Sequence record: SRR31156797_10402 | DNA length: 51,441 nucleotides | Reading direction: 5' to 3' (one strand) | In this document: one piece after another, positions 1 to 10,599 of the stretch | Position numbering within the stretch: the stretch's first letter is position 1 | Layout of the letters: each line of letters starts with the position of its first letter | The notes under the pieces: model-generated | The model's database searches: none | Seen by the model: the letters and a program-made list of their open reading frames with translations, nothing else | What the model was told of the DNA's origin: nothing | Position numbers and translations under genes: made by a program

Positions 1-8
1 CATTTCAA

Positions 9-25
9 AGCAATCCCCGTGCCAA
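9..25 (-). promoter_or_regulatory. sigma54 (-24/-12) promoter pointing out of the left edge of the window
   Basis: Minus strand reads TTGGCACG-GGGA-TTGCT, matching TGGCACG-N4-TTGCW; lies just downstream of a sigma54 activator gene. Confidence 0.8.
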
Positions 26-52
26 AAAAAAGATCTTGAATATATTATTATA

Positions 53-115
53 TATCAGATGGTTATGATAACTTAAAAGGAAAGGGGGATAAGTAAGGTT
101 GCACAAATCGGTGCA
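53..115. promoter_or_regulatory. candidate IHF site and upstream activator palindrome for the sigma54 promoter
   Basis: TATCAGATGGTTA (53-65) is one mismatch from WATCAANNNNTTR; palindrome TGCAC-N6-GTGCA (100-115) resembles NtrC-family sites. Confidence 0.45.
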
Positions 116-163
116 CGGTATGGTGAGGCTAAACCGATTGGTTCGCTATGGGAAAAGACCGGA

Positions 164-1618
164 TCAATGCCCCAGCTTTTTTAAGCGGCCTTCGAGAACC
201 CTTCGGGAAATACGTAGGTATTTGGCTGTTCGCGTTTTGTTTCCTTCATTTTTCCTGAATGCCTCTTGGATGATCCGCAAAGTAAACATTTCGATATCCA
301 ACCCGGATTCAGGAAGCACAATTGTTTTTTCATTGGAAATGGGGATGTTTTCTTTGTTTCGTTCATCGTCGGGCTGGTATTCGGTAATAAAGGTGATATC
401 TTCCAAATCCAAATAGACATTCGGCGTCAAGAGACTCAGCCGTTCCATTGCATTCTTCAATTGTCTCACATTACCGGGCCAGGGAAATGACAGAAGGCGC
501 TTCTCCGCCTTTTCTGAAAAAGCCTCAAACTGTTTGCCCCGTTTTGAAAAGGCCCTTTGAACAAAATGCCGGGCCAGGGGAAGAATATCATCCTGTCTTT
601 CTCTTAAAGGCGGAATCCGTATGAAGCCGATGTTGATTCTATGAAAAAGATCGAGCCTGAAAAGATCCTTCTGGACCTGTACGTGAAGATCTTTGTTGGT
701 TGCCGAAATAATTCGAACATCCACCGAAATCTCCGAGACGCCCCCCAGTCGAAAGAGTTTCTTGTCCTCCAATACCCTGAGGAGTTTGACCTGAAGATTC
801 GGCGGCATTTCTCCGATTTCGTCTAAGAAAAGGGTTCCCCCATGGGCAGCCTCAATTTTGCCCATTTGCCCTTTGGCCGTCGCCCCGGTAAAAGCGCCCG
901 GTTCATGACCGAAAAGTTCACCTTCAAAGAGTTCCTGGGAAATAGCGCCGCAATTAATGGGGACAAAAGGCCCCCTGGCCGCTGTTTGGCCATAAAAGTG
1001 GATCAGTTTGGCGACCAGCTCTTTTCCTGTTCCGCTTTCCCCTTCGATGAGGACGGGAATGGTTCTGTCGCGACTGTATTTCTCCGCCAAATCGATGACC
1101 CGACCCATGGCATCGGAACAGACCTGCATTTCCCCTAACCCCACCTCTCGCAAATAGGCTTCCCTGAAGTGCTCTGCGGTTCCTCGTAGCGCTTCTGTCT
1201 CCCTTGTAACCTGTTTATGAAAGGTCTTCTTGAGCTGAAGATATTTTTTCCTTAGCGTCGAATAGTCTATGGCTCGTTCAATGGTGATGGCCAGTTCCCT
1301 GACGTCGATGGGCTTTTGCAGATAGTCATAGGCGCCGAACTTCAGGGCCTTGATGGCATTTTCCATATCCCCGTGACCGGTGATGACAATCACCACCACC
1401 GGGGAGCGCTGAACCTGCTTGATCCGTCTCAACAGCTCAAGGCCATCCATCCCCGGCATTCGGATATCCGTTATGACCAGATCGATACGGCGCGCATGAA
1501 ATTCCTGCAAGCCCTCATTGCCGTCCTTTGCCAAATGGACCTGGTGCCCCAGTTTTTTTACGAAATTGGATAGGCTGTACCTGACGTCTTCTTCGTCGTC
1601 AATGAGCAAAATTTCCAT
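164..1618 (-). CDS. sigma54-dependent response regulator (NtrC/AtoC family: receiver, AAA+, Fis HTH)
   Basis: Receiver LIDDE...TDIRMPGMDG; Walker A GESGTGKE; GAFTGA; Walker B LFLDEIGE; WPGNVRQL; C-terminal HTH GNKTRTAKYLRISR. Confidence 0.95.
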   Translation of the reverse strand: MEILLIDDEEDVRYSLSNFVKKLGHQVHLAKDGNEGLQEFHARRIDLVITDIRMPGMDGLELLRRIKQVQRSPVVVIVITGHGDMENAIKALKFGAYDYLQKPIDVRELAITIERAIDYSTLRKKYLQLKKTFHKQVTRETEALRGTAEHFREAYLREVGLGEMQVCSDAMGRVIDLAEKYSRDRTIPVLIEGESGTGKELVAKLIHFYGQTAARGPFVPINCGAISQELFEGELFGHEPGAFTGATAKGQMGKIEAAHGGTLFLDEIGEMPPNLQVKLLRVLEDKKLFRLGGVSEISVDVRIISATNKDLHVQVQKDLFRLDLFHRINIGFIRIPPLRERQDDILPLARHFVQRAFSKRGKQFEAFSEKAEKRLLSFPWPGNVRQLKNAMERLSLLTPNVYLDLEDITFITEYQPDDERNKENIPISNEKTIVLPESGLDIEMFTLRIIQEAFRKNEGNKTRTAKYLRISRRVLEGRLKKLGH

Positions 1619-3621
1619 TATCGGGTATCCTCTGCCGGCGGAATGGTAATAAAGAAGGTGGCCCCACCCTCATCATTGTTGTATGCCTTTAGCACACCTT
1701 TGAAGTCCGAGACAATGGTCTTGCTGATGGAAAGTCCCAGGCCCGTTCCTTTTCCGGGCTCTTTCGTGGTAAAAAACGGGTCAAATATCTTGATAAACAG
1801 TTCTTCCGAAAATCCCACGGCGTTGTCTCCCACCTCAATGAAGATCTGACCGTAACGCAAACCGCTCCGAACCCAAAGTTTTTTGCTTGAAAAACGGTGC
1901 TCTTCCAAGGCCTGCCTGGCATTTACGATAAGGTTCATAATGACCTGCTCAAGATTGTTGGCATTTCCCTTGAGACATGGCAGATCGGGTTCCAGGTTCA
2001 TATGGATGTCGATCCCATGGGCCAGAAACTGCTTGCCGATCATGGCAAATACGTTTCGGATGGCGTCATTGGGATCAATATCTTCACTTTTGCCGCGGTC
2101 TTCCCTGGCAAAATCCCGTATGTTCTGAATTACATCCGACATCCGTAATACTTGACGGGAAACCATTTCCAGACCTTCAAAAAGTTCCTTATCATCCAGT
2201 TCCCATCCCTCATCTCTTCCGTAAAGGAATCCGTCCGTGATTACCCGGACGGTATTCAGCGGCTGATTCAACTCGTGGGCAATCCCGGCGGCCATTACGC
2301 CCAGTGCGGTCAAGCGGTCTTCGTGATGCATTCTCAATTCATTGATGCGGGCCTTTTCGGCCAGAGCCCTCTGTTCCGTTACATCGTCCAGGATAAAGTG
2401 GATGGCCGCCTGGTCCTCGTATCCGATGACCTTTGCATATCCCTGATAATGCCTTACACCGCCATCACCATGATGCGCTTTGAACTCAAATCGGGAGGCC
2501 TCCGTTCCTTCTTCATAGGGAGTCTTAAAAAATCGCATGACCTCTTTTTCACTGGGATCGATCCACGAAATAAAATCGTCAAAGGTTATATTTTTTTCGG
2601 TCATCCCGATGAGTTCTGCAAAATGTTCATTGTGATACAGAATGTTTTCCCCACGGAAAAGGACGATTCCTACCCCGGCAAAATCGATCAGGGTCCGGTA
2701 CATGGCCTCGGATCTTCGAAGATTCTTGGCCATTTCCCGTTCACGGGTGACATCCTGTATGAAATGGATGGAACTATTCGGCTTTCCTGTCGCATCGTGA
2801 AGGACACCGGTTTTAGAAGCAACAAATGCGCCCCCTCCCGGCAACCTCTCGCAGAGGGCAAGGGCGGATAGGGTATCTCCTTTTCTCTTAAACTCCAAAT
2901 ATTTGGATTCAAACTCGGGATTTTCTTCAAAAATAAGGTTTGATGATGTTGGGCGCCGTTCATTGTAGAAGGGGAGTGCATGTTCGTAGTTTCCTTTTCC
3001 CAGCATTCCGTCAGCTGGTCTTCCCGACATCTGTTCCATGGTTTTGTTCCAACCGGTCACCACCCCATCCGTGTCCAGCACTATTATCGGATTGGGGATC
3101 AGGTCCAGGACTTCTTTCATCTGCTTTTCCCCCTGGATTCTATCGGCCCAGAGTTCAAGGACATGGGCGGCTGCCATAGCGCAGTCCACCTGCTCTTCCA
3201 GTATTTCCCCCTTTCCCCAGTCCGAAAAAGACAAAATGCCAAACAGCTTCTTTTGGCACAAAACGGGAGCCAGAAGGAAATTTCTCGTTGCCCCCAATCC
3301 TGAGAGGGAAGCATTATGACAGACCACCGGCTTTTGGCTTTCCAAAATCCCCCACCAGGCCGAACTTAAGTGGTCCGGCGCCAATTTGTCTTTCAGAACC
3401 ACCTGGCTCTTTTGCTCAGCCTGCCAGAAGGCCATTAATATCAGATCGAACGATTCTCGGTTTAGAAATTGCTTTCTCAAAAGAGTAACGACACGGGCAT
3501 TTAATGTTTGCCCAATGATTTTCAATGCGTCATGGAGGTTGGTATCTGAAATTCCCGAATCCGTGAGACTGCGGCAAAACTCAGCAAGCTCTTTCAAATA
3601 CCCACGGGTTTGTCTTGTCAT
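1618..3621 (-). CDS. cytoplasmic sensor histidine kinase (GAF-like, two PAS, HisKA, HATPase)
   Basis: H-box AHELNQPL, N-box QVIMNLIVNA, FDPFFTTKEPGKGTGLGL; PAS-like segments; no evident TM helix; overlaps the regulator start by 1 nt. Confidence 0.92.
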   Translation of the reverse strand: MTRQTRGYLKELAEFCRSLTDSGISDTNLHDALKIIGQTLNARVVTLLRKQFLNRESFDLILMAFWQAEQKSQVVLKDKLAPDHLSSAWWGILESQKPVVCHNASLSGLGATRNFLLAPVLCQKKLFGILSFSDWGKGEILEEQVDCAMAAAHVLELWADRIQGEKQMKEVLDLIPNPIIVLDTDGVVTGWNKTMEQMSGRPADGMLGKGNYEHALPFYNERRPTSSNLIFEENPEFESKYLEFKRKGDTLSALALCERLPGGGAFVASKTGVLHDATGKPNSSIHFIQDVTREREMAKNLRRSEAMYRTLIDFAGVGIVLFRGENILYHNEHFAELIGMTEKNITFDDFISWIDPSEKEVMRFFKTPYEEGTEASRFEFKAHHGDGGVRHYQGYAKVIGYEDQAAIHFILDDVTEQRALAEKARINELRMHHEDRLTALGVMAAGIAHELNQPLNTVRVITDGFLYGRDEGWELDDKELFEGLEMVSRQVLRMSDVIQNIRDFAREDRGKSEDIDPNDAIRNVFAMIGKQFLAHGIDIHMNLEPDLPCLKGNANNLEQVIMNLIVNARQALEEHRFSSKKLWVRSGLRYGQIFIEVGDNAVGFSEELFIKIFDPFFTTKEPGKGTGLGLSISKTIVSDFKGVLKAYNNDEGGATFFITIPPAEDTR

Positions 3622-3964
3622 CGCTGTATCCTTTCAAAAAATAACGGCCAAATATCATTTTCACACAACTAAATTTCTTCTATCATCATCTAAGGATAAA
3701 CTGCTCAGGATGAGTAAGATTGGACACTCCGAATTGATCCTAAGAAATAAGCGATGTTCGGATCGATCATATCTGAGAGATGAAAACTTCAGCCTCATTT
3801 AATTCAAAATTGATGAAATCTAAAAAAAAGTCAAGACTCCTCTTGAAATCACTTACCTAACCCGGACAAGCCGGAATCGAGAAGAACTGTTCCCCACCAT
3901 ACGTTTCAGGGTCGCTCACAGCACCTGAATGGGATGTATATGTTGCGGCATGGCGCATTAAATC

Positions 3965-4552
3965 TTGAGGCAGAGGTCACAAGTGACGTCCCTTTCCAAG
4001 GGGACGGTTGGTGGAAGGGCACACCACGTGATTAAGATCGTCGATCAGACCGTAACGACCCTTGCGGAGGTTCATCTTGGAAATCGGAATGGGGTTTACC
4101 AGCCGGAAGGGGATATTCTGGCGGCCACGTTGATCAGCCGGGACGGGGCCATGAGGGGGCAGGGCTTTGTACAAGGTTTCTGTCCGGGATTATCAGGGTT
4201 GGCCTCCACCGTTGCCCATGAAACCCATGGACTTCTGGTGATGGGTCAACGAGCGGGGGATATGGCCCGGGCCGCCGAGGATGTGCTGGAAATGGGTGGT
4301 GGAATCTCAATGGTCCAAAATGGTGTCGTGCAGGCCCGGATTCCCCTTCCCGTGGGGGGCGTCTCTTCTCGGAAAAGTGTCCCGGATCTGGCACGGGAAA
4401 TCACGACCTTTCATGGCACACTGGCCAATTTGGGATGTCCCTTAACCTATCCACTCTTTACCCTCGGGTTCCTCACCTTTACATCAGCATTAAAGGTACG
4501 GCTCACTTACCGGGGAGTATATGATGTTAAGGCCGAAAAGATTATTTTCTAG
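3965..4552 (+). pseudogene. adenine deaminase C-terminal fragment (catalytic amidohydrolase part missing)
   Basis: GFVQGF...GLASTVAHETHGLLVMG...MGGG...LPVGG...LGC...PLFTLGFL matches the Ade C-terminal domain; only 195 aa, TTG start, no N-terminal metal-binding HxH. Confidence 0.7.
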
Positions 4553-4625
4553 TCGGTTAAAGGTGTTCCAAAGGACCGGGGTGGAAACCCCGACCCATAG
4601 ATGGAAAGACTATGGAAAAACCACA

Positions 4626-4649
4626 GGGGAGAGCCGAGAGGCTCTCCCC
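4626..4649 (-). terminator. stem-loop, probable terminator of the reductase operon
   Basis: Perfect 10-bp stem GGGGAGAGCC-GAGA-GGCTCTCCCC between convergent genes. Confidence 0.7.
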
Positions 4650-4662
4650 TCCCCATAGGGAA

Positions 4663-6942
4663 TTATCTTTTCTCTTCCAAGGCCTTTAGGATTTTCTCAG
4701 GGGTTACTGGAAGTGCAATGAAATCTACGCCTATGGCGTCATAGATGGCATTGACAATGGCGGGCGCCGGAGACAACTGGGTGCCCTCGCCGGCCTCTTT
4801 TGCACCGAACGGCCCAACAGGATCGTCTGTTTCCACTTCCAGGGCCTCAATTTCCGGCATTTCCAAAAAAGTGGGAAAGCCGTAGTCCAGGAATGAGGGG
4901 TTCATCACCTGCCCCTTTTCAACAATGACGTTTTCATAGAGGGCCTGTCCCATCCCGCCCACAACGGATCCCTCCAATTGGCCTTCGACGAGCATGGGGT
5001 TGATGGCCCTTCCACAATCGTGGGCCGTCGCCATCTTCAAAAGCTTTACCTTTCCCGTATGGAGATCAACTTCAACCTCTGCGGACTGGGTCATGAAAGA
5101 GTAACTGGGTGCAAAATTCCCATCCTCCTTAAAAAGGGTGGTAGGTTCGGTGGCGGGTGGAAACCAGGATGAGCGCCCCACGATGGGCATGGGGAGGTCG
5201 GCGTACTGGTATCCCTTTATGGCATCTTTCATGCTCATTTTTGTTCCGGGTGAGCCCTTGACAAATATCTCCCTGTTCCTGGCCACTAGGTCTTCAGGGC
5301 TGGCTTCCAGGCTTTTTGCCACAAATTCAAATATTTTCTTTCTTGCTTCTACGGCGGCCAATCTCGCCGCATTTCCAGCCCTGACCGTCACCCCGCTCCC
5401 GAAAGTACCGGAATCGAGGGGGGTAATGCCCGTATCGGCTGCCGTTATCCGAACATCTTCCATGAGTACGCCAAGTTCTTCCGCCACGATCTGGGAGATG
5501 ACGGTCTCCGCGCCCTGTCCGATGTCCGCCGCACCCGAAAGCACATTGACCGCACCGTCCCGTCCCAACTGTACGACCGCACCGGAACTGATATGACTCA
5601 TGTTGCTGACCCCGCTTGGAAAAGAGGCCCCTGCAAGACCTACCCCTCGGCCAAAGGGCAGTTTCCCTCTCTTTTCCTTCCATCCTATGGCGTCGGCAGC
5701 CATTTTCACGGAATCGTAAAACCCGCAGGAATTGATGATGAATTTGGCCGGATGCGGTTCTCCGGCGTGAATACTGTTCTTCATTCGAATTTCGACCGGA
5801 TCCACATTGATCCGTTCACAGATCATGTCCAACTGTCGCTCAACGGCAAATCGGGCCTGGGGAATGCCATGTCCCCTCATGGCCCCGCCAACGGGTTTGT
5901 TCGTATACACATGGTGACCTTCGTACACGAGATTGGGCACATGATAGGGTATCATGAGAAAATAACATGACAAAGCAATCATGGTAGGGGCTGTGCTGTT
6001 GTAGGCCCCGCCATCGGCATGTGCCCTGAATTTCTGGGCCAGGATGGTCCCGTCTTTCTTCACGCCCGTTTTGACGGTGAGGTACATGGGGTGTCTCTGT
6101 CTTGTTGCAATAAAGACCTCTTCCCGCTCATAGACGAACTTCACGGGTTTTCCAAGCTGCATGGCAAACCAGCAGGCGCAGAAATCCTTGGCGAACATAT
6201 CAATCTTCTGGCCGAACCCGCCGCCCACTTTGGGTTTGATAACCCGGACCTTGCTTTCGGGTATTTGAAGCGTATTGGACAAATTTCTTCGAAGATAAAA
6301 AGGGATTTGAGTGCCGGACCAGATGGTGACTTCTCCCTTTAGGGGATCGTACTGGGCAATGGCGGCATGGGGTTCCATGGGGGCGTGATTGACGGGCTGG
6401 GAGTAGAAACTGTCTTCAAATACGAAATCGCTTTCCGCAAACGCCTTATCTACGTTCCCGAATTCCTTGTTGATGGATAAGGATATATTGTTCGGGGTGT
6501 TGTCATGAACCAACGGCGCCCCTTCCTTTATGGCCTCCAGCGGATCAAATACGGCGGGGAGTGCTTCATAATCCACTTCAATGAGTTCAAGGGCCTCCTC
6601 CGCAATTTCCGGATCAATGGCGCACACGGCCGCAACTTCATCGCCCATATACCGCACCTTATCCTTGGCCAGGGCGTACTCATCTCTGGCCTTGGGCACG
6701 ATCCCGTAGAGGCGGTCCGGGATATCCAAACCGGTTACCACCCCTTTTACACCGGGAAGTTTCATGGCTTTGGAAGTATCGATATGGAGAATTTTTCCAT
6801 GGGCAAGGGGGCTCCTGAGAATCTTGCCGTGGAGCATTCCGGGGAAAGTGATATCATCGGTAAATTGTGCCGTCCCTTTTGCCTTTGCCGCCGCATCATG
6901 CATGGGCAATCTTTGGCCCACAACGTTCAATTCATTTTTCAT
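4663..6942 (-). CDS. hcrA: xanthine dehydrogenase-family molybdopterin subunit, 4-hydroxybenzoyl-CoA reductase alpha-like
   Basis: VGGGFGQK, AMRGHG, DIGQG, VEGQLEG, GAKEAGEG motifs; operonic with HcrB-type FAD subunit; substrate not proven. Confidence 0.75.
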   Translation of the reverse strand: MKNELNVVGQRLPMHDAAAKAKGTAQFTDDITFPGMLHGKILRSPLAHGKILHIDTSKAMKLPGVKGVVTGLDIPDRLYGIVPKARDEYALAKDKVRYMGDEVAAVCAIDPEIAEEALELIEVDYEALPAVFDPLEAIKEGAPLVHDNTPNNISLSINKEFGNVDKAFAESDFVFEDSFYSQPVNHAPMEPHAAIAQYDPLKGEVTIWSGTQIPFYLRRNLSNTLQIPESKVRVIKPKVGGGFGQKIDMFAKDFCACWFAMQLGKPVKFVYEREEVFIATRQRHPMYLTVKTGVKKDGTILAQKFRAHADGGAYNSTAPTMIALSCYFLMIPYHVPNLVYEGHHVYTNKPVGGAMRGHGIPQARFAVERQLDMICERINVDPVEIRMKNSIHAGEPHPAKFIINSCGFYDSVKMAADAIGWKEKRGKLPFGRGVGLAGASFPSGVSNMSHISSGAVVQLGRDGAVNVLSGAADIGQGAETVISQIVAEELGVLMEDVRITAADTGITPLDSGTFGSGVTVRAGNAARLAAVEARKKIFEFVAKSLEASPEDLVARNREIFVKGSPGTKMSMKDAIKGYQYADLPMPIVGRSSWFPPATEPTTLFKEDGNFAPSYSFMTQSAEVEVDLHTGKVKLLKMATAHDCGRAINPMLVEGQLEGSVVGGMGQALYENVIVEKGQVMNPSFLDYGFPTFLEMPEIEALEVETDDPVGPFGAKEAGEGTQLSPAPAIVNAIYDAIGVDFIALPVTPEKILKALEEKR

Positions 6943-7419
6943 CTATGCACCCTCCCCGCGCTCTTCACTCACACTCATCACCGCCTCAACGATCTTCTTG
7001 TAACCGGTGCATCGGCAGAGATTGCCGGCCATTTTTTTCTTAATAACCTCCTCTGTGGGATGATCCTCTTCTTCCAGTACGGCCTTGGCGGTCAGAATCA
7101 TGCCGGGCGTGCAAAACCCGCATTGGAGGCTGCCTTTTTCCACGAATGCCGTTTGCAAAGGGCTGAGAAGACCCGCCTCTGCCACCCCTTCTATGGTTTC
7201 AATCTCTTTGCCGACCGCATCCATGGCAAGCATTATACAAGAGAGAGATGTCTCGCCGTTTATCAGCACCGTACAGGCGCCGCAGGAGCCCAGATCGCAT
7301 CCGCGCTTCGTACCCATTAATCCCAGGTTGTCTCTCAAGACTTCAAGAAGCGTGTTATTGGGGGAAACAAGCACTTCATAGTTGTCGCCATTGATCCTCA
7401 GTTCAATACCCTGTTTCAT
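6943..7419 (-). CDS. hcrC: 2x[2Fe-2S] subunit, 4-HBCR gamma-like
   Basis: GCDLGSCGACTV, QCGFCTPG, NLCRCTGY. Confidence 0.8.
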   Translation of the reverse strand: MKQGIELRINGDNYEVLVSPNNTLLEVLRDNLGLMGTKRGCDLGSCGACTVLINGETSLSCIMLAMDAVGKEIETIEGVAEAGLLSPLQTAFVEKGSLQCGFCTPGMILTAKAVLEEEDHPTEEVIKKKMAGNLCRCTGYKKIVEAVMSVSEERGEGA

Positions 7420-8393
7420 GATTGTGCCCTCCTCACGGCTTCCTGTATTGCGCTTCCAATAAACAGCCCCATCATCCTTCTTTTATAAGACGGCGCGTAA
7501 TTTGACGTTTTGACCGGACTCGCCTCTTTGGATGCGATCTGATTTGCCTCTTCCAGGAGATCATCTCTCAGATTTTTTCCTTTCAGGAAGTCTTCAAGGT
7601 GACTGCCTCTCAAGGGCTTTCGATCCACAGCCGTGAAAGCCGCCTTGTATTCTTTTTTCTCCATGGATGCCCAAAAGGCTGTCCCTACAACAGGAAAATC
7701 GATACTTTCACGATTTGCAACTTTTTGATAGGTGGAGAACCCGTCCATGGCTTTTCCGGGAATAATAATCTCGGTCAGGATCTCTCCCTCTTTGAAATTG
7801 AGCGGAACTTTACCATTTCCATTAAAAAGATCTCCCAAGGGAATCTCCCTGGAATTATCTCTGCACTGTACAATAATCCTTGCATCCAACACCAGAAGAG
7901 CCGGCGCCACATCACCGCAGTAAGCAGCGTAACAGGTCCCTTTCTTATTTACGACGTGACAAATCTCTCCGCCCGCTTTGAAACAGGTGGGCCTGGCGCT
8001 TCGCCACCATTTGGATTGATTAAAATACTTGCATCTGTTTTGCTGGCATACATTTCCCCCTATGGTGCCCATGGTCTGATGATGGTAAGAGCCCACGGAA
8101 GCAGCAGCAGATGCAAGAACAGATAGGTTTTTTGCTATAATCGGATGTTCATATACCTTTTTTAGAGGTGTAAGGGCGCCGATCCTTATGTCGCCATTGT
8201 CCTGCAAAATGGCGTTTAGTCCAGGAATTTTCTTTATATTTACCACAATTGAGGGCAGTTCAACCCTGTGCTTCATGTTCGGCAGAATGTCAGTTCCACC
8301 AGCGAGAAATTTCGCACCGGATTCATGAAGCAAGATAGTTGAAGCCTCCTTGATGCTTTTAGGTTCCACATATCGGAATTTGGGCAATCTCAC
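7416..8393 (-). CDS. hcrB: FAD subunit with inserted [4Fe-4S] loop, 4-HBCR beta-like
   Basis: AGGTD, TIGGN, and C-X15-C-X7-C-X8-C insert (RCKYFNQSKWWRSARPTCFKAGGEICHVVNKKGTC); GTG start preceded by GGAGG. Confidence 0.8.
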   Translation of the reverse strand: MRLPKFRYVEPKSIKEASTILLHESGAKFLAGGTDILPNMKHRVELPSIVVNIKKIPGLNAILQDNGDIRIGALTPLKKVYEHPIIAKNLSVLASAAASVGSYHHQTMGTIGGNVCQQNRCKYFNQSKWWRSARPTCFKAGGEICHVVNKKGTCYAAYCGDVAPALLVLDARIIVQCRDNSREIPLGDLFNGNGKVPLNFKEGEILTEIIIPGKAMDGFSTYQKVANRESIDFPVVGTAFWASMEKKEYKAAFTAVDRKPLRGSHLEDFLKGKNLRDDLLEEANQIASKEASPVKTSNYAPSYKRRMMGLFIGSAIQEAVRRAQS

Positions 8394-8446
8394 AGCGAAC
8401 CTCCTTATTTTTCACATCTTAATCATTTTTAAAACATCAACCAACT

Positions 8447-8717
8447 TTCATAATATGCAATAGTATTTCAGTTCCAATGAATATATCATTGCCGGACACC
8501 CCTGTCAAGCCAAAACGAAACGCCACCCACGATAATTTCCGCGCGACTATCCTAGGGCGAATACCATGCGAAAAGCAGACAACAAATCAGCATAAATGCC
8601 GAAATCTGGTATTTTTTATGTCTTTACGGCGGTACATAAAGGGGCCTGTACATTTTTTTGTTGACAGAAGACCCGAACATATCATATGAAAATACAATCC
8701 ACCTTCACAATATGCAA
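8447..8717. promoter_or_regulatory. repeated quasi-palindromic operator candidates in divergent promoter region
   Basis: TTCATAATATGCAA (8447-8460) and TTCACAATATGCAA (8704-8717), 13/14 identical. Confidence 0.5.
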
Positions 8718-8804
8718 GTTTTAAGTTTGAAATACACTGAAATTTAATTCCAGTCTGGAATTTCTCCCGACTTTCGGATTGAGATATAATAAGAGGACTT
8801 CTCC

Positions 8805-10430
8805 ATGATTGATTTAGAATCTCTCCCATTGGGGCAGGTAATTCAAAAGGGGGCGGAATCCGCCCCAGCTAAAACGGCGGTTGTGTGCGAAAAGGAAAGA
8901 AAGACATATGATGAGATGAATGCCTTGTCGGATGCACTTGCCTCCGGCCTTGCAGCGCTGGGGATCCGGAAAGGCGATCGCATCGCCATTTTCATGCCCA
9001 ATTCAATAGAGTTAGTAACCGCATTTTACGCGCTTGAAAAAATGGGCGTTATTGTGGCCTGGGTAAATCCTCTGTATCGGCAGACCGAAGCTGAATTCAT
9101 ATTGAAAAACGCTGAAGCCCGCGGCGTCTTCATTTTCAGGGAATGGGAAGGGTGCGACTATCTCCAAATGATATATGGCATTAGAGACCGTCTTCCCGGC
9201 CTTGAATTCATTTTGGTGGCCGGAGAATGCGAAGATGGAAAGGTCTTTGAGTTCAACCAACTTTTGAAACAGGGAAAAGAACGTTCTTTTACGTCCCCTC
9301 CTATTAATACCAAAAACGATCTTGCCATGTTGATCTATACATCCGGCACCACAGGACGGCCCAAGGGCGCCATGATTTCCCATTATCAGGCCGTCAGGGC
9401 GGGCATGGAATACTCTTACGGCATCAATGCCCAGCCAAACGACATCTTTATCGGTTTTCTCCCAATGTGCCACTCGTACGGCTGCGGGGCTATTCTCATC
9501 CAACCGTTTCTCCTCGGGTCGACCGTGGCGATAATGGGAAAATTTGATCCGGAATCCGCTTTCAGAATCATGGAAGAGGAAAAAGTCACGATTCAATTGG
9601 GGGCGCCGGTCCACTATATTCTTGAATTGAATCAGACCATTCGAAAAAACTATAACCTCGCTTCCCTGAGGGCGGGCATGATTGCCGGCCAACCGGCGCC
9701 GGAAGGTTTGATTACAAGGGTCGAGGAAGAGATGGGAGTGTATCTGACCTCATTCTGGGGTGCATCGGAAGTAGGCCCCGGTTTGGGAATCAGATGTCCC
9801 TACCCTTCTCCACTTCATATTCGGGAGAGATATATCGGTAAACCCATCGAGGGTACGGAGGCTCGCATTGTAGACTTGGTCACGAGAGAAGAACTCCAGG
9901 ATGGGGAAATCGGAGAACTGACCCTCAAGGGCTGGCATGTCCTCAAAGGATACTGGGGAAATCCGGCTGAGACAAAAAAACAGATCGTTGACGGATGGCT
10001 GTCCATGGGAGACCTGGTCTCCCGTGAAAAAAACGGGTACCTGAAGATCTACGGAAGGAACAAAGACCTGATTAATCGCGGCGGTTATAAGATTTATCCA
10101 TACGAGCTGGAATCCTTGATCATCGATCATCCAAAAGTAGCACAGGTATGTGTCGTGGCCACCCCCAATCCGGTGCTGGGCGAAAGCATATGCGCCTGCG
10201 TGATCCCGGTGGAAGGCCAAACCATAACACTGACGGGGATCAGGGGTTTCCTGGAAGGAAAGATCGCGAAAAACAAACTTCCCAATGAGTTATGCATCAT
10301 GAAAAGCTTCCCAATGCTTTCGGGCGGCGTAAAAATCAAAAAATTCGGCGAAAACGGATTGGAAGAATTTGCAAAAAATAATCAAAACAGGGAGGGGTAT
10401 AGAAAACAAACCATTCAAGCTGCCACTTAA
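8805..10430 (+). CDS. class I adenylate-forming acyl/aryl-CoA ligase
   Basis: YTSGTTGRPKG, FWGASE, GWLSMGDL, GRNKDLINRGG, C-terminal GVKIKK lysine. Confidence 0.9.
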   Translation: MIDLESLPLGQVIQKGAESAPAKTAVVCEKERKTYDEMNALSDALASGLAALGIRKGDRIAIFMPNSIELVTAFYALEKMGVIVAWVNPLYRQTEAEFILKNAEARGVFIFREWEGCDYLQMIYGIRDRLPGLEFILVAGECEDGKVFEFNQLLKQGKERSFTSPPINTKNDLAMLIYTSGTTGRPKGAMISHYQAVRAGMEYSYGINAQPNDIFIGFLPMCHSYGCGAILIQPFLLGSTVAIMGKFDPESAFRIMEEEKVTIQLGAPVHYILELNQTIRKNYNLASLRAGMIAGQPAPEGLITRVEEEMGVYLTSFWGASEVGPGLGIRCPYPSPLHIRERYIGKPIEGTEARIVDLVTREELQDGEIGELTLKGWHVLKGYWGNPAETKKQIVDGWLSMGDLVSREKNGYLKIYGRNKDLINRGGYKIYPYELESLIIDHPKVAQVCVVATPNPVLGESICACVIPVEGQTITLTGIRGFLEGKIAKNKLPNELCIMKSFPMLSGGVKIKKFGENGLEEFAKNNQNREGYRKQTIQAAT

Positions 10431-10599
10431 AACATGAAAACATCAATCTATGGCATATTTTCATATTCCATGGAAAGGAGGTGACAATATCCGTCTCACC
10501 CAACGACCAGCGGAAATCAGGTAAAAGATATTCAAACTGGGTAGGAATAGCCGCCCATGAGAAGTGATTCTCATTACCACAAAAAAGGAGGCAATAAAA

